A DNA stretch of 62,634 nt, the filler included. It is 9 parts of 9 records of this genome, joined end to end, with 100 filler letters (N's around TTAATTAATTAA, not from the genome) between each part and the next. Parts side by side here need not be neighbours in the genome. Positions count along the whole stretch, not along the records: positions 49,115 to 59,483 come from SRR20825010_7248; 8 more parts are not named here. One strand, 5' to 3'. Positions 50,016-59,090 of the stretch are shown piece after piece; the stretch's first letter is position 1; every line of letters starts with the position of its first letter. A program made the translations under genes and the position numbers. The notes below the pieces were generated by a model that did no database searches, had not been told where the DNA came from, and worked only from the letters and a program-made list of their open reading frames with translations.

Positions 50016-52187
50016 TTAAATAAGCGATTTCAAGAGTGTTCGGATCTCTGTATGATCCGACACTCTATAATTTGCAGCAGACGAATTGCTGCCTACTTTT
50101 ATGCTATAAGCATCTTTCGGCATTACCCGGAAGGTGTCCTCGTCTGTCCAATCATCGCCACATGCCATGATGAAGTCGGAAGGATAGTTGTTGAGCCAAA
50201 GTTCGGCTGCCCTTCCCTTATCTATTTCTGAGTTTTTGATTTCAACCACTTTATTACCTTCCAGCACTTTGAGGTTCTTGTCAATGGTGGAGTATTTAAG
50301 TCGGCTGGTGAGCTCACGGGTTCTTTCTTCGCCAAGTCCGGTTTCTACTTTTCTATAATGCCACACGAGCGAGTAGTCTTTCTTTTCGACGAAACTTCCC
50401 GGAGTACGATCCACGTATGCCTCGAGCACTTTCATGATTTCAGCCTTCCAATCGAAGCTGAGGTTGATGAATGTACGCCATTGCATGTTCCTCTCTTTTA
50501 TCCAGACACCATGCTCGGCTACCATTTCCAGATCAAATCCACCCAACCATGCTTCCAGGGTATCTCTGCCTCGTCCGCTGATCACAACAACACGGTTTCT
50601 TTTATCAGCTGTCAGCTTGGTCAAAATCGTAATCAATTCCTTATTTGGCTTGCATTCTAGGGGATCGGAATGAAAGCCCACGAGAGTGCCGTCGTAATCC
50701 AGGAAAATGAGTCTGGTTTTTGCTTTTTTGTAATCTTTTTTCAGTTTGGCATGATGCTCCTGATCAAAAACCTTCGTTTCAAGTGCCTTTTGTTCGTTTT
50801 TCACTGTAGCCAGGCGCTCCATAAAAAGGTTCACCCAATGGTGAATGTTGTAGCGTCTGAGTGAGCGTTGCATGGTTTCCATGTTCGCCTTTTGCTTCGA
50901 TTCGGGCATGTCTAGCGCCCGTTTAATCGCCCGAACCATTTGCTCCATGTTGTTCGGGTTGATCAGGATCGAATCAGAAAGCTCCTTGCTTGCCCCGGCC
51001 ATCTCACTAAGGATAAGTACGCCTTTTTTATCAAGTTTGCTGGCTATAAACTCTTTGCAAACCAGATTCATCCCATCCCGCATCGGAGTTACTAAAGCCA
51101 CGTCAGCCATACGATAAAAGGCAGATAGAGCTGTAAGCGGAAATGATCGGTAGAAATAATGAATGGGTGTCCAGTTCATTTTCCCGAAGTTGCCATTGAT
51201 CCGGCCTACCAGAAGGTCTACTTCCTCTTTGAGCTCTTTGTATTTCTCTACGTTATCTCGTGAAGGCACAACGATCATCAGTAGCGATACTTTTTCTTGA
51301 AATGAAGGGTAACGTTGAAGAAAGAGCTCGAATGCCTTTAGTCGTTGCGGTATGCCTTTAGAATAATCCAATCGGTCTATGGATAGCATCAGTCGCTGAT
51401 TGCCAATACCCGTTCTATACCTTACTTCGCGAGAAAGGGTTTCTGGATGTGAAGCGGCTTTTTCATACTTTTCGTAATCGATTCCCATAGGAAGCGCATC
51501 AACCAGTACCTTTCTATTGTCCACATCGATACGGCTGTTGGAGTTGCTAAGTCCGGCTAACCTGTTGGCGGAAGACATGAAGTGACGCATATCGTCGTAA
51601 GTGTGGAAGCCGAGAAAATCAGCCCCAAGCATTCCTTTTAGTAGTTCTCTACGCCAAGGTAGGAGTCGGAAGGATTCGTAGGAAGGGAAGGGGATGTGGA
51701 GAAAAAAACCGATGCTAGCTTCAGGTGCAAATTCCCTAACTAATTGTGGTAGAAGGAGTAACTGGTAATCGTGAATCCAGACAGTATCTTCTGGTTCCAG
51801 AATCTCCGCAATCACTTTGGCGAATTTGCGGTTTACCTTTTGGTAAGCCTTCCAAAGATCTTCGTCGAAATTGATGTATTGATTGAAATAATGAAAGTTG
51901 GGCCAAAGTGTTTCATTGCTGAAGCCCTCGTAATAATCTTCTATTTCCGAATTGGTCAGAAAAACCGGTCGCATGCTTTCCTTAGCCAGGTTGACTTCAA
52001 TATCGTGTTTATGTTCTGCATTACCCACGTGTAAACCAGGCCAACCGATCCAAACATTGTCTCCTTGTTTGTAGATAGACCCAAGGCCGGTGGCAAGGCC
52101 GCCTTCGCTCGGTTGGTAGATGTATTCACCGTGTTCCTGAGTGATTCTTACAGGCAATCGATTCGAAACTATAATGGTCTTAGACAT
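50016..52187 (-). CDS. Bifunctional trehalose-6-phosphate synthase/phosphatase (OtsA-OtsB fusion)
   Basis: VSNRLP, GGLATGL, WIHDYQL, FFLHIPFP, DRLDYSKGI, RDGMNLV; HAD domain FLDYDGTL...GDDWTDED. Confidence 0.95.
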   Translation of the reverse strand: MSKTIIVSNRLPVRITQEHGEYIYQPSEGGLATGLGSIYKQGDNVWIGWPGLHVGNAEHKHDIEVNLAKESMRPVFLTNSEIEDYYEGFSNETLWPNFHYFNQYINFDEDLWKAYQKVNRKFAKVIAEILEPEDTVWIHDYQLLLLPQLVREFAPEASIGFFLHIPFPSYESFRLLPWRRELLKGMLGADFLGFHTYDDMRHFMSSANRLAGLSNSNSRIDVDNRKVLVDALPMGIDYEKYEKAASHPETLSREVRYRTGIGNQRLMLSIDRLDYSKGIPQRLKAFELFLQRYPSFQEKVSLLMIVVPSRDNVEKYKELKEEVDLLVGRINGNFGKMNWTPIHYFYRSFPLTALSAFYRMADVALVTPMRDGMNLVCKEFIASKLDKKGVLILSEMAGASKELSDSILINPNNMEQMVRAIKRALDMPESKQKANMETMQRSLRRYNIHHWVNLFMERLATVKNEQKALETKVFDQEHHAKLKKDYKKAKTRLIFLDYDGTLVGFHSDPLECKPNKELITILTKLTADKRNRVVVISGRGRDTLEAWLGGFDLEMVAEHGVWIKERNMQWRTFINLSFDWKAEIMKVLEAYVDRTPGSFVEKKDYSLVWHYRKVETGLGEERTRELTSRLKYSTIDKNLKVLEGNKVVEIKNSEIDKGRAAELWLNNYPSDFIMACGDDWTDEDTFRVMPKDAYSIKVGSNSSAANYRVSDHTEIRTLLKSLI

Positions 52188-52270
52188 TCTTTTTGGTTAA
52201 TAATGTTCATTCCAAAGTTCCGGTGGGGTTGTCCAGAAATTATTGTACTCCTAGGCACAGCACGGACTTG

Positions 52271-53068
52271 TTATCCGAAATTGCGCAACCGAATCTGAGT
52301 GAGTTTGCGTTTGGTGTCTAACGGAAAATCCCCCTTCATGATCCAATCGTAAAAACTTGGTTCTGATTTTAATACCTCAGAAACTGCTTTGCCCTTGTGC
52401 TTACCAAAGTTAAATATTTCTTCACCATCTGCATTGAATATCATTCGTCCTGCCAAATCAACCATTTTTCCATTGGTCAGATCGTGAATGACCTGCATGT
52501 CGTTTTCTAGAGTACCCACTTTTTCACCTCGAAGATCAATCATCTCCATACCGGCGTATTTTTCTACTTGTGAAAGCAATACTTCATAAGTGGCCTGAGT
52601 ATCGGCCAAGGCACTGTGGGCATTAACAAGGTCTTTTCCACAGTAAAATTGATAGGCGGCAGTGAGGTTGCGTTTTTCCATCATGTGAAAAATCTTTTGC
52701 GCATCTACCAGCTTTTTATTGGAAACATCAAACTCCACATCTGCTCTTAGGAATTCCTCGGTCAAAATCGGGACGTCAAATTTAAGGATATTGAAGCCGG
52801 CTAAATCACAGCCTTCGAGCCAGGTGGCCAACGATCGCGCAACCTGCTTGAAGTTAGCTTCATCTTTCACGTCATCATCGTAAATGCCGTGTATCAGGCT
52901 CGATTCCAGAGGGATCGGAATGCCGGGGTTAATTCGCCTGCTCTTTTCTTCTACTGAGCCATCTGGCATCACCTTGATCAGCGCCATTTCAACAATTCGG
53001 TCGTGGGCGATGTTTGTTCCGGTTGTTTCCAGATCAAATACCACCAACGGGTTTCTTAAATTAAGCAT
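52271..53068 (-). CDS. DEDDh 3'-5' exonuclease (DNA polymerase III epsilon-like)
   Basis: FDLETTG, FNILKFD, HSALADT, C-terminal FNFGKHKG. Confidence 0.92.
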   Translation of the reverse strand: MLNLRNPLVVFDLETTGTNIAHDRIVEMALIKVMPDGSVEEKSRRINPGIPIPLESSLIHGIYDDDVKDEANFKQVARSLATWLEGCDLAGFNILKFDVPILTEEFLRADVEFDVSNKKLVDAQKIFHMMEKRNLTAAYQFYCGKDLVNAHSALADTQATYEVLLSQVEKYAGMEMIDLRGEKVGTLENDMQVIHDLTNGKMVDLAGRMIFNADGEEIFNFGKHKGKAVSEVLKSEPSFYDWIMKGDFPLDTKRKLTQIRLRNFG

Positions 53069-53070
53069 GG

Positions 53071-53667
53071 TTATAGTGTTTTTATTACGTCGTAAAACTG
53101 ATCGTCAGAGATTCCGATTCGTTTTAATAAAGCCCTGGCAGCCGCAGCATGTGATAAGAAATTTCCATCGTTTGTCTTCACCTCAAACGAAGCACCATTG
53201 TGATTTAATTGAAATCCTGTATTGGTTTTTTGACCTGGAAGTAATGTGTACTCGATGTTCCTGACATCCTCTCGTTCTTTCTTGCCAATTTCTTTCGCCA
53301 CCGGGTCATTCTCATTGTAAATGATAGAGCCTGCTTTAGGTAAATTATCCGCGAGCACTTCAAACTCTTTTCTATATTGTTCAAACGATCCGTATTCTGG
53401 AGGTTTTCGGTCAACAATCTGGTGAAGGAGCATCATGTGTGGCTCGAACATGTGAAAATGTGCTGCCCCGTCTTTGAGGGCGGTTCCGTCCTTATAAATA
53501 ACAAAGGCGCTTTCATTTATTTCGATCAAATCCTCATCGATGAAGCCGTATGGCTTACCAATTTGATCCAGGACTGTTCGAACCATTTTCATTATTTCAG
53601 TGATCCCTTGGTTTCCTGTAATAATGATTCGTTGTTTATTCCTTATTTGGTTAATATCAAATGACAT
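53071..53667 (-). CDS. Truncated Mur-ligase (Mpl/MurC-like) central-domain homologue, P-loop degenerate
   Basis: NKQRIIITGNQGITEI where family members have ...GxxGKTT; SFEQYRKEF...LPKAGSIIYNEND; AAARALLKRIGISDDQFYDVI. Homology is recognised from memory, not searched. Confidence 0.6.
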   Translation of the reverse strand: MSFDINQIRNKQRIIITGNQGITEIMKMVRTVLDQIGKPYGFIDEDLIEINESAFVIYKDGTALKDGAAHFHMFEPHMMLLHQIVDRKPPEYGSFEQYRKEFEVLADNLPKAGSIIYNENDPVAKEIGKKEREDVRNIEYTLLPGQKTNTGFQLNHNGASFEVKTNDGNFLSHAAAARALLKRIGISDDQFYDVIKTL

Positions 53668-53889
53668 AAATCTAATGGGTATATCCCAAAAATAGTGGAA
53701 TTAAGACGGCAGGCAAATTTTATTTGGTTTAATGCGTTAGTTTTTGACTGAACTGTTTTTATTCACATGATTGTTAAGAACATGTGGACAACAGGGTGGA
53801 TAGACCATGGAAAAATTAACATTTTCAATTCGAACGAACGCTCGGGAGAGATGCTTAGGTTTGTAAAAACATCGCTAAAATAGATATTA

Positions 53890-55425
53890 ATGGACGGGGG
53901 TAAATCATCAACATTAAGGCTGACCGATAAGTCAAGGAGAATAGGATTATCAGATTTATCAAGCCAGCTGGGTAAGATGCCACCTCAAGCCATTGAAATA
54001 GAGGAAGCGATCCTTGGGGCGCTTATGCTGGAGCGGGATGCGCTAACCAACGTAATAGAAATCCTGAAACCCGCGAGTTTTTACAAGGATGCCAACAAAA
54101 CCATCTTTGAGGCCATCGTTCAGCTTTTTAATAACAGCGATCCCGTCGATATAAAAACGGTCGTTCATCAATTGCGAAAAAATGGTCAGCTCGAATTTGT
54201 CGGTGGAGCGTATTACGTTTCTGAGCTCACAACCAAGGTAAACTCTGCTGCCAACATTGAATACCATTCGCGGATTGTTGCCGAGCAATCGATCAAGCGC
54301 GAGTTGATCAAAATATCTTCTGAAATTCAGCACGATGCGTACGAAGATACCATTGACGTCTTCAAGCTTTTAGATAAAGCCGAACAGTCGCTTTTTGATG
54401 TGTCCGAATCACACATTCGTAAGAATTACGATAAGATGAGCTCCTTGCTCCATCAGGCCATTCATGAGATAGAACAGAAGAAAGAGAAAAAAGATGGCCT
54501 CACCGGGGTGCCAAGTGGTTTCTCTGCTTTGGATCGGGTTACTTCCGGATGGCAACCTTCGGATTTGGTGATTATCGCAGCGAGACCGGGTATGGGTAAA
54601 ACGGCGTTTGTGGTTTCTGCCATGCGAAATGCCGCAGTGGAGTTCGGCAAACCAGTAGCCTTGTTCTCTCTTGAGATGTCTTCCATTCAGCTGGTAAACA
54701 GACTTATTTCTGCCGAGGCAGAATTGGAAAGTGAAAAAATCAAGAAAGGGGATCTGGCTGATTACGAATGGGAACAGCTGCTTCACAAAACGGCTAAAAT
54801 GTCGGAAGCACCAATCTTCATTGACGACACGCCTGGTTTGAGTATTCTGGAATTACGAGCCAAAAGTCGACGATTGGTGGCGCAACACGGCGTTTCGCTT
54901 ATCATCATTGATTACCTGCAGCTAATGACAGGTGATTCATCCAAATCGGGTGGAGGAAATCGTGAACAGGAAATCGCATCCATTTCCCGGGCATTGAAAG
55001 GGATAGCTAAAGAACTAAACGTTCCGGTAATCGCACTTTCTCAGTTGAGCAGGGCTGTGGAGACACGAGGCGGAGACAAGCGACCGCAATTGTCTGATTT
55101 GAGGGAATCAGGTTCTATTGAGCAAGATGCGGATATGGTTATGTTCCTGTATCGTCCGGAATATTACGGGATGACCCAAGATGAAAACGGTATGCCGTTG
55201 AATGGAATTGGTGAAGTGATTATAGCTAAGCATAGAAACGGTCGACTGGAAAATGTTCAGTTGAAATTCATTGGTAAGTTTACCAAATTCGAAGATTTAG
55301 ATTCGTCGATGGTTGATTCGGGCTTTAACAAACCCTTTCCGAGTAGCGGGAATTCCAATTCCGATTTTACTATAACCCTTCCGAGTAAGGCCAACAAAAA
55401 GGATGATGACGACATGCCTTTTTAA
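53890..55425 (+). CDS. dnaB: Replicative DNA helicase
   Basis: PPQAIEIEEAILG, AARPGMGKT, FSLEMS, IDYLQLM, LSQLSRAVETR, DLRESGSIEQDAD. Confidence 0.97.
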   Translation: MDGGKSSTLRLTDKSRRIGLSDLSSQLGKMPPQAIEIEEAILGALMLERDALTNVIEILKPASFYKDANKTIFEAIVQLFNNSDPVDIKTVVHQLRKNGQLEFVGGAYYVSELTTKVNSAANIEYHSRIVAEQSIKRELIKISSEIQHDAYEDTIDVFKLLDKAEQSLFDVSESHIRKNYDKMSSLLHQAIHEIEQKKEKKDGLTGVPSGFSALDRVTSGWQPSDLVIIAARPGMGKTAFVVSAMRNAAVEFGKPVALFSLEMSSIQLVNRLISAEAELESEKIKKGDLADYEWEQLLHKTAKMSEAPIFIDDTPGLSILELRAKSRRLVAQHGVSLIIIDYLQLMTGDSSKSGGGNREQEIASISRALKGIAKELNVPVIALSQLSRAVETRGGDKRPQLSDLRESGSIEQDADMVMFLYRPEYYGMTQDENGMPLNGIGEVIIAKHRNGRLENVQLKFIGKFTKFEDLDSSMVDSGFNKPFPSSGNSNSDFTITLPSKANKKDDDDMPF

Positions 55426-55580
55426 TTGCTAGTCTAGCTTTCAAAATATGGATCGTGCGGCAGCCAAGCAATTGCTTGGGAGGCAGGAATAGCATTAAAA
55501 TCTATTTTGAGTTCCTCAAACCCACAGCCAGACGATTGCAAAGGGTATTTCCAACGAGCTCAATTTGATATGAATTTAAA

Positions 55581-55599
55581 CTTGACTAACTTGGTTAAG
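55581..55599 (+). promoter_or_regulatory. Imperfect palindrome, candidate toxin-antitoxin autoregulatory operator
   Basis: CTTGACTAA-C-TTGGTTAAG (7/9 arm match), containing TTGACT, just before the antitoxin. Confidence 0.45.
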
Positions 55600-55617
55600 T
55601 AGTTAATTCGAGTGAAG

Positions 55618-55860
55618 ATGAAAATTTATAACATAGGGTTTGCGAAAAGTCAACTATCAGCCTTGGTTGAGATGGCTTTGGAGGGAAAGGAAATTATTAT
55701 CGGAAAACGAAACAAACCTCTTATACGACTCTCTCCTATGAAAGACCCTAAGCTCAAAGAGCGCAAAGGAGGTCATTTGAAGGGGCAAATTTGGATTTCG
55801 GAAGATTTCGACGTGCAGAATGAGCAGGTCATTGCCAATTTTGAGGATAATGCTAGATGA
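55618..55860 (+). CDS. Phd/YefM-family antitoxin
   Basis: YNIGFAKSQLSALVE...GKEIIIGKRNKPLIRL; tail GQIWISEDFD; 4-nt overlap with the toxin. Confidence 0.9.
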   Translation: MKIYNIGFAKSQLSALVEMALEGKEIIIGKRNKPLIRLSPMKDPKLKERKGGHLKGQIWISEDFDVQNEQVIANFEDNAR

Positions 55861-56237
55861 ATTTGTTGCTGGATACGCATGTCTATCTTTGGTGGCAAAC
55901 CGACCCTAAACTCCTTTCTGAGCCAGCCAGAACTGCAATTAGCGATGTGAATAATGCGGTTTTTATAAGTGCGGCAGTTCCCTGGGAAATTTCCATTAAA
56001 AGAAATTTAGGAAAACTAAAGGCACCAGAAAATGTGATGGACTTTATGGAAATGGATGATTTTCTGCCATTGTCTATTTCACATGATCACATAAGCATCT
56101 TATCAACACTTGCCGACCTTCATCGTGATCCTTTCGATCGTATTCAAATTGCACAAGCTATTGTGGAGGACTTGACTTTGGTTACGAAAGACAAGCAAAT
56201 ACTGAAATACGAAGGTTTTAAATTACTCGAAGCTTGA
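55857..56237 (+). CDS. vapC: PIN-domain (VapC-family) toxin
   Basis: LLLDTHVYLWW, SAAVPWEISIK, HRDPFDR, LVTKD. Confidence 0.92.
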   Translation: MNLLLDTHVYLWWQTDPKLLSEPARTAISDVNNAVFISAAVPWEISIKRNLGKLKAPENVMDFMEMDDFLPLSISHDHISILSTLADLHRDPFDRIQIAQAIVEDLTLVTKDKQILKYEGFKLLEA

Positions 56238-56275
56238 TCACTCTATAAGGAATACAAGGAGTGTTGATTCGTTGG

Positions 56276-56365
56276 CCATTTTCAAGCGGAGGAAACACCA
56301 ATTCTGATTTTAACATAACTCACCCGAGCAGGACCAACAAAAAGGATGATGAGGAAATGCCTTTT
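56276..56365 (+). repeat. Diverged second copy of the last 30 codons of dnaB
   Basis: Ungapped match to 55333-55422, 70/90 nt identical by manual count. Confidence 0.92.
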
Positions 56366-56395
56366 AGGCTCAAGCGGTGTTAGCTCCTTATAATG

Positions 56396-56716
56396 TCAAT
56401 CATCAAACTGAAAATTCATATACGCCGATTGAAGTTCCTTTAAAGCATGAACCTCTTTCAGTTCTTTTGCCTTCTCAATTCCCTTTAGATATACTTCTTC
56501 TGCACGCTCGCGCTCACCAAGTTCGGCTAGCAAACTTGCCGCATGGTAATAGGTGCCCACGTAATCCGGGTGCTGTGCCAAAAGTTCATCAAACAATTCC
56601 TTACTTCTTGACTTATTAAAGGATAAATGCTCAATAGCAAGAGCGTATACTGGGAAAGGATCGCCGGGATCTTCTTCCATGAACTTCATTAACTGATTGA
56701 TTCGTTCCTGGTTCAT
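56396..56716 (-). CDS. Small TPR-like protein
   Basis: DPGDPFPVYALAIE, HPDYVGTYYHAASL, AEEVYLKGI. Confidence 0.85.
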   Translation of the reverse strand: MNQERINQLMKFMEEDPGDPFPVYALAIEHLSFNKSRSKELFDELLAQHPDYVGTYYHAASLLAELGERERAEEVYLKGIEKAKELKEVHALKELQSAYMNFQFDD

Positions 56717-56782
56717 GATTGCATGAGATATTTAGTAACTTCGAGTCACAATTTTTATAACCCAAATATCAATTTATTTTAG

Positions 56783-57520
56783 ATGAAAATACTTGTTTGT
56801 ATTACGCACGTACCGGATACGACCTCTAAAATTTCGTTTACTGACAACAATACGAAGTTTAACAAGACGGGCGTGCAGTATATCATCGGCCCCTACGATG
56901 ATTATGCGCTGGCAAGAGCCGTGGAGCTCAAAGAGCAAAGTGGTGGTTCCATTACAGTACTCAATGTAGGAGAAGCTGAGTCGGATCCTACTTTACGAAA
57001 AGCATTGGCTATCGGAGCGGATGACGCCATTCGGGTCAATGCGTTTCCTACTGATGCTTATTTCGTGGCGAAACAGATAGCAAAAGCAGCTCAGGAAGGA
57101 AGTTATGACCTCATATTGATGGGGCGTGAATCCATTGATTTTAATGGTGGGCAGGTGCATAGCATGGTGGGAGAACTACTGGGCATACCGTCTGTTTCTC
57201 CGGTAATGTCGCTGGATGTAACCGGGACTTCAGCGAAAATTAAACGCGAAATTGAAGGAGGAAAAGAGCATATGGAGTTGGATCTTCCTTTCGTTGCTGG
57301 TTGTCAGGAGCCCATTGCGGAATGGAAGATTCCTAACATGCGGGGCATCATGTCGGCACGAACAAAACCATTGAATGTGGTAGAGCCGGATGGCTCAGGA
57401 GCTAAAAATGCTGTGGAAGTTTTTGTGATGCCACCGGAAAAGAGTGGTGTGAAGCTTATCGACCCAGATAACCTCACCGAACTAGTTAACCTATTGAAGA
57501 ACGAAGCTAAAGTTATATAA
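56783..57520 (+). CDS. etfB: Electron transfer flavoprotein beta subunit
   Basis: MKILVCITHVPD, PYDDYAL, ALAIGAD, GRESID, REIEGG. Confidence 0.95.
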   Translation: MKILVCITHVPDTTSKISFTDNNTKFNKTGVQYIIGPYDDYALARAVELKEQSGGSITVLNVGEAESDPTLRKALAIGADDAIRVNAFPTDAYFVAKQIAKAAQEGSYDLILMGRESIDFNGGQVHSMVGELLGIPSVSPVMSLDVTGTSAKIKREIEGGKEHMELDLPFVAGCQEPIAEWKIPNMRGIMSARTKPLNVVEPDGSGAKNAVEVFVMPPEKSGVKLIDPDNLTELVNLLKNEAKVI

Positions 57521-57521
57521 G

Positions 57522-58478
57522 ATGTCAGCATTAGTATTTGTAGAATTGGACGAAGACCATGTAAAAAAGTCTTCATTGGAAGCGGTAAGCTATGCTGCCC
57601 ATATTGATAAAAGTGTAACTGTTATCGTTTTTGGAGAGTTGGGTGGTGACGAAACCACGAAGCTTGGAAAAGCAGGAGCAACGAAAGTTTTGGTGGCGGC
57701 TGATGCCAAGCTGGCAGCCAATAACATCATGGCTTATGCCTCGGCTATTGCGGAAGCGTATGACAAAGAAGGCGCCACGGTTTTGCTTATGGCAAAATCA
57801 TCACTTGGTGATCCTGTTTCGGCACGTGTGGCTATCAAACTGGATGCTGCATTGGCCTCAAACGTTTGCGAGTTACCAGATATGTCATCAGGATTTAAGG
57901 TGAAAAGCAGTATTTATACGGGAAAAGCCTTTGCAGTTTCTGTTTTGAATGGAGATAAGAAAATCCTTGTATTGAAGAAAAATGCTGTTGAAATAAAAGA
58001 GGATGGAGGAGAAGCACAAGTTGAAGCGTTTAGTCCTGCCATTAATGATGTAGATTTCAAAGTAAAGGTGACCTCTACGGAAAAGGCAACAGGTGAAGTA
58101 TTGTTGCCGGAGGCTGATATCGTGGTTTCTGGTGGCAGGGGACTAAAGGGCCCTGAAAACTGGGGGATGATTGAAGAATTGGCAGCCACCCTAGGTGCTG
58201 CTACCGGTTGTAGCAAGCCGGTTTCGGACATGGATTGGAGGCCGCACCACGAGCACGTAGGCCAAACGGGAATAAAAGTAAGTCCATCTTTATATATAGC
58301 CGTTGGAATTTCGGGAGCGATTCAACATCTTGCAGGCGTTAATTCTTCGAAATACATTTTGGTGATTAACAAGGATCCTGAAGCACCCTTTTTCAAAGCC
58401 GCAGATTATGGTGTGGTGGGCGATGCTTTCGATGTGGTTCCGAAACTTACAGCAGCAATTAAGGCGCAGAAGGGTTAA
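57522..58478 (+). CDS. etfA: Electron transfer flavoprotein alpha subunit
   Basis: EADIVVSGGRG, VGQTG, YIAVGISGAIQHLAG, INKDPEAPFF. Confidence 0.96.
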   Translation: MSALVFVELDEDHVKKSSLEAVSYAAHIDKSVTVIVFGELGGDETTKLGKAGATKVLVAADAKLAANNIMAYASAIAEAYDKEGATVLLMAKSSLGDPVSARVAIKLDAALASNVCELPDMSSGFKVKSSIYTGKAFAVSVLNGDKKILVLKKNAVEIKEDGGEAQVEAFSPAINDVDFKVKVTSTEKATGEVLLPEADIVVSGGRGLKGPENWGMIEELAATLGAATGCSKPVSDMDWRPHHEHVGQTGIKVSPSLYIAVGISGAIQHLAGVNSSKYILVINKDPEAPFFKAADYGVVGDAFDVVPKLTAAIKAQKG

Positions 58479-59074
58479 TGGCAGAAAAAGTTAAGTTAGA
58501 AATATTAGGGCTGTCATCCAGCCAATCACAATCAGGGTCATTTGCGCTGGTATTGGGAGAAGAAAACGGAAACCGACGATTGCCTATAATCATCGGAATG
58601 TTTGAAGCTCAGGCCATTGCTATCGAGATTGAAAAAATAGTCCCCAACAGGCCAATGACCCATGATTTATTCAAATCATTTGCTTACAATCTAGCGTTCA
58701 CGGTGAAGGAAATTCTGATTTCGGATTTGAAAGAAGGAGTGTTTTTCGCCAAAATAATCTGTACTTCCGGGGAAAAGGTTTTCGAGATTGATGCCCGTCC
58801 CTCGGATGCTATCGCCATTGGTCTTCGGTTCAATGTGGATATTTATACTAATGAAAACATTCTAACGGAAGCAGGTATAGTGCTTACAGATGAGGACGAG
58901 GAAGTTACTGATTCCGGAAAAAAAGTTACAAGTTCGGCCAAACCTGAACCAAAATCAAAAAAGCTAGAGGACCTGCCGTCCGACCAGCTACATAAAATGC
59001 TCGATGATGCGCTTCATGCAGAAGACTATGAGCGGGCAGCAAAAATCAGAGACGAAATCAATCGTCGCAACTAA
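58478..59074 (+). CDS. Bifunctional nuclease-family (DUF151) protein with C-terminal UVR motif
   Basis: RRLPIIIGMFEAQAIA, RPMTHDL, IDARPSDAIA, EDYERAAKIRDEI. Confidence 0.92.
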   Translation: MAEKVKLEILGLSSSQSQSGSFALVLGEENGNRRLPIIIGMFEAQAIAIEIEKIVPNRPMTHDLFKSFAYNLAFTVKEILISDLKEGVFFAKIICTSGEKVFEIDARPSDAIAIGLRFNVDIYTNENILTEAGIVLTDEDEEVTDSGKKVTSSAKPEPKSKKLEDLPSDQLHKMLDDALHAEDYERAAKIRDEINRRN

Positions 59075-59090
59075 ACAGTAGGAAAGAAAT

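Noticed and set aside
56313..56384. Integron attC site after vapC (ACATAAC ... GTTAGCT)
   Set aside because: No convincing internal L-box palindrome and no integrase; the sequence is better explained as the dnaB tail copy.
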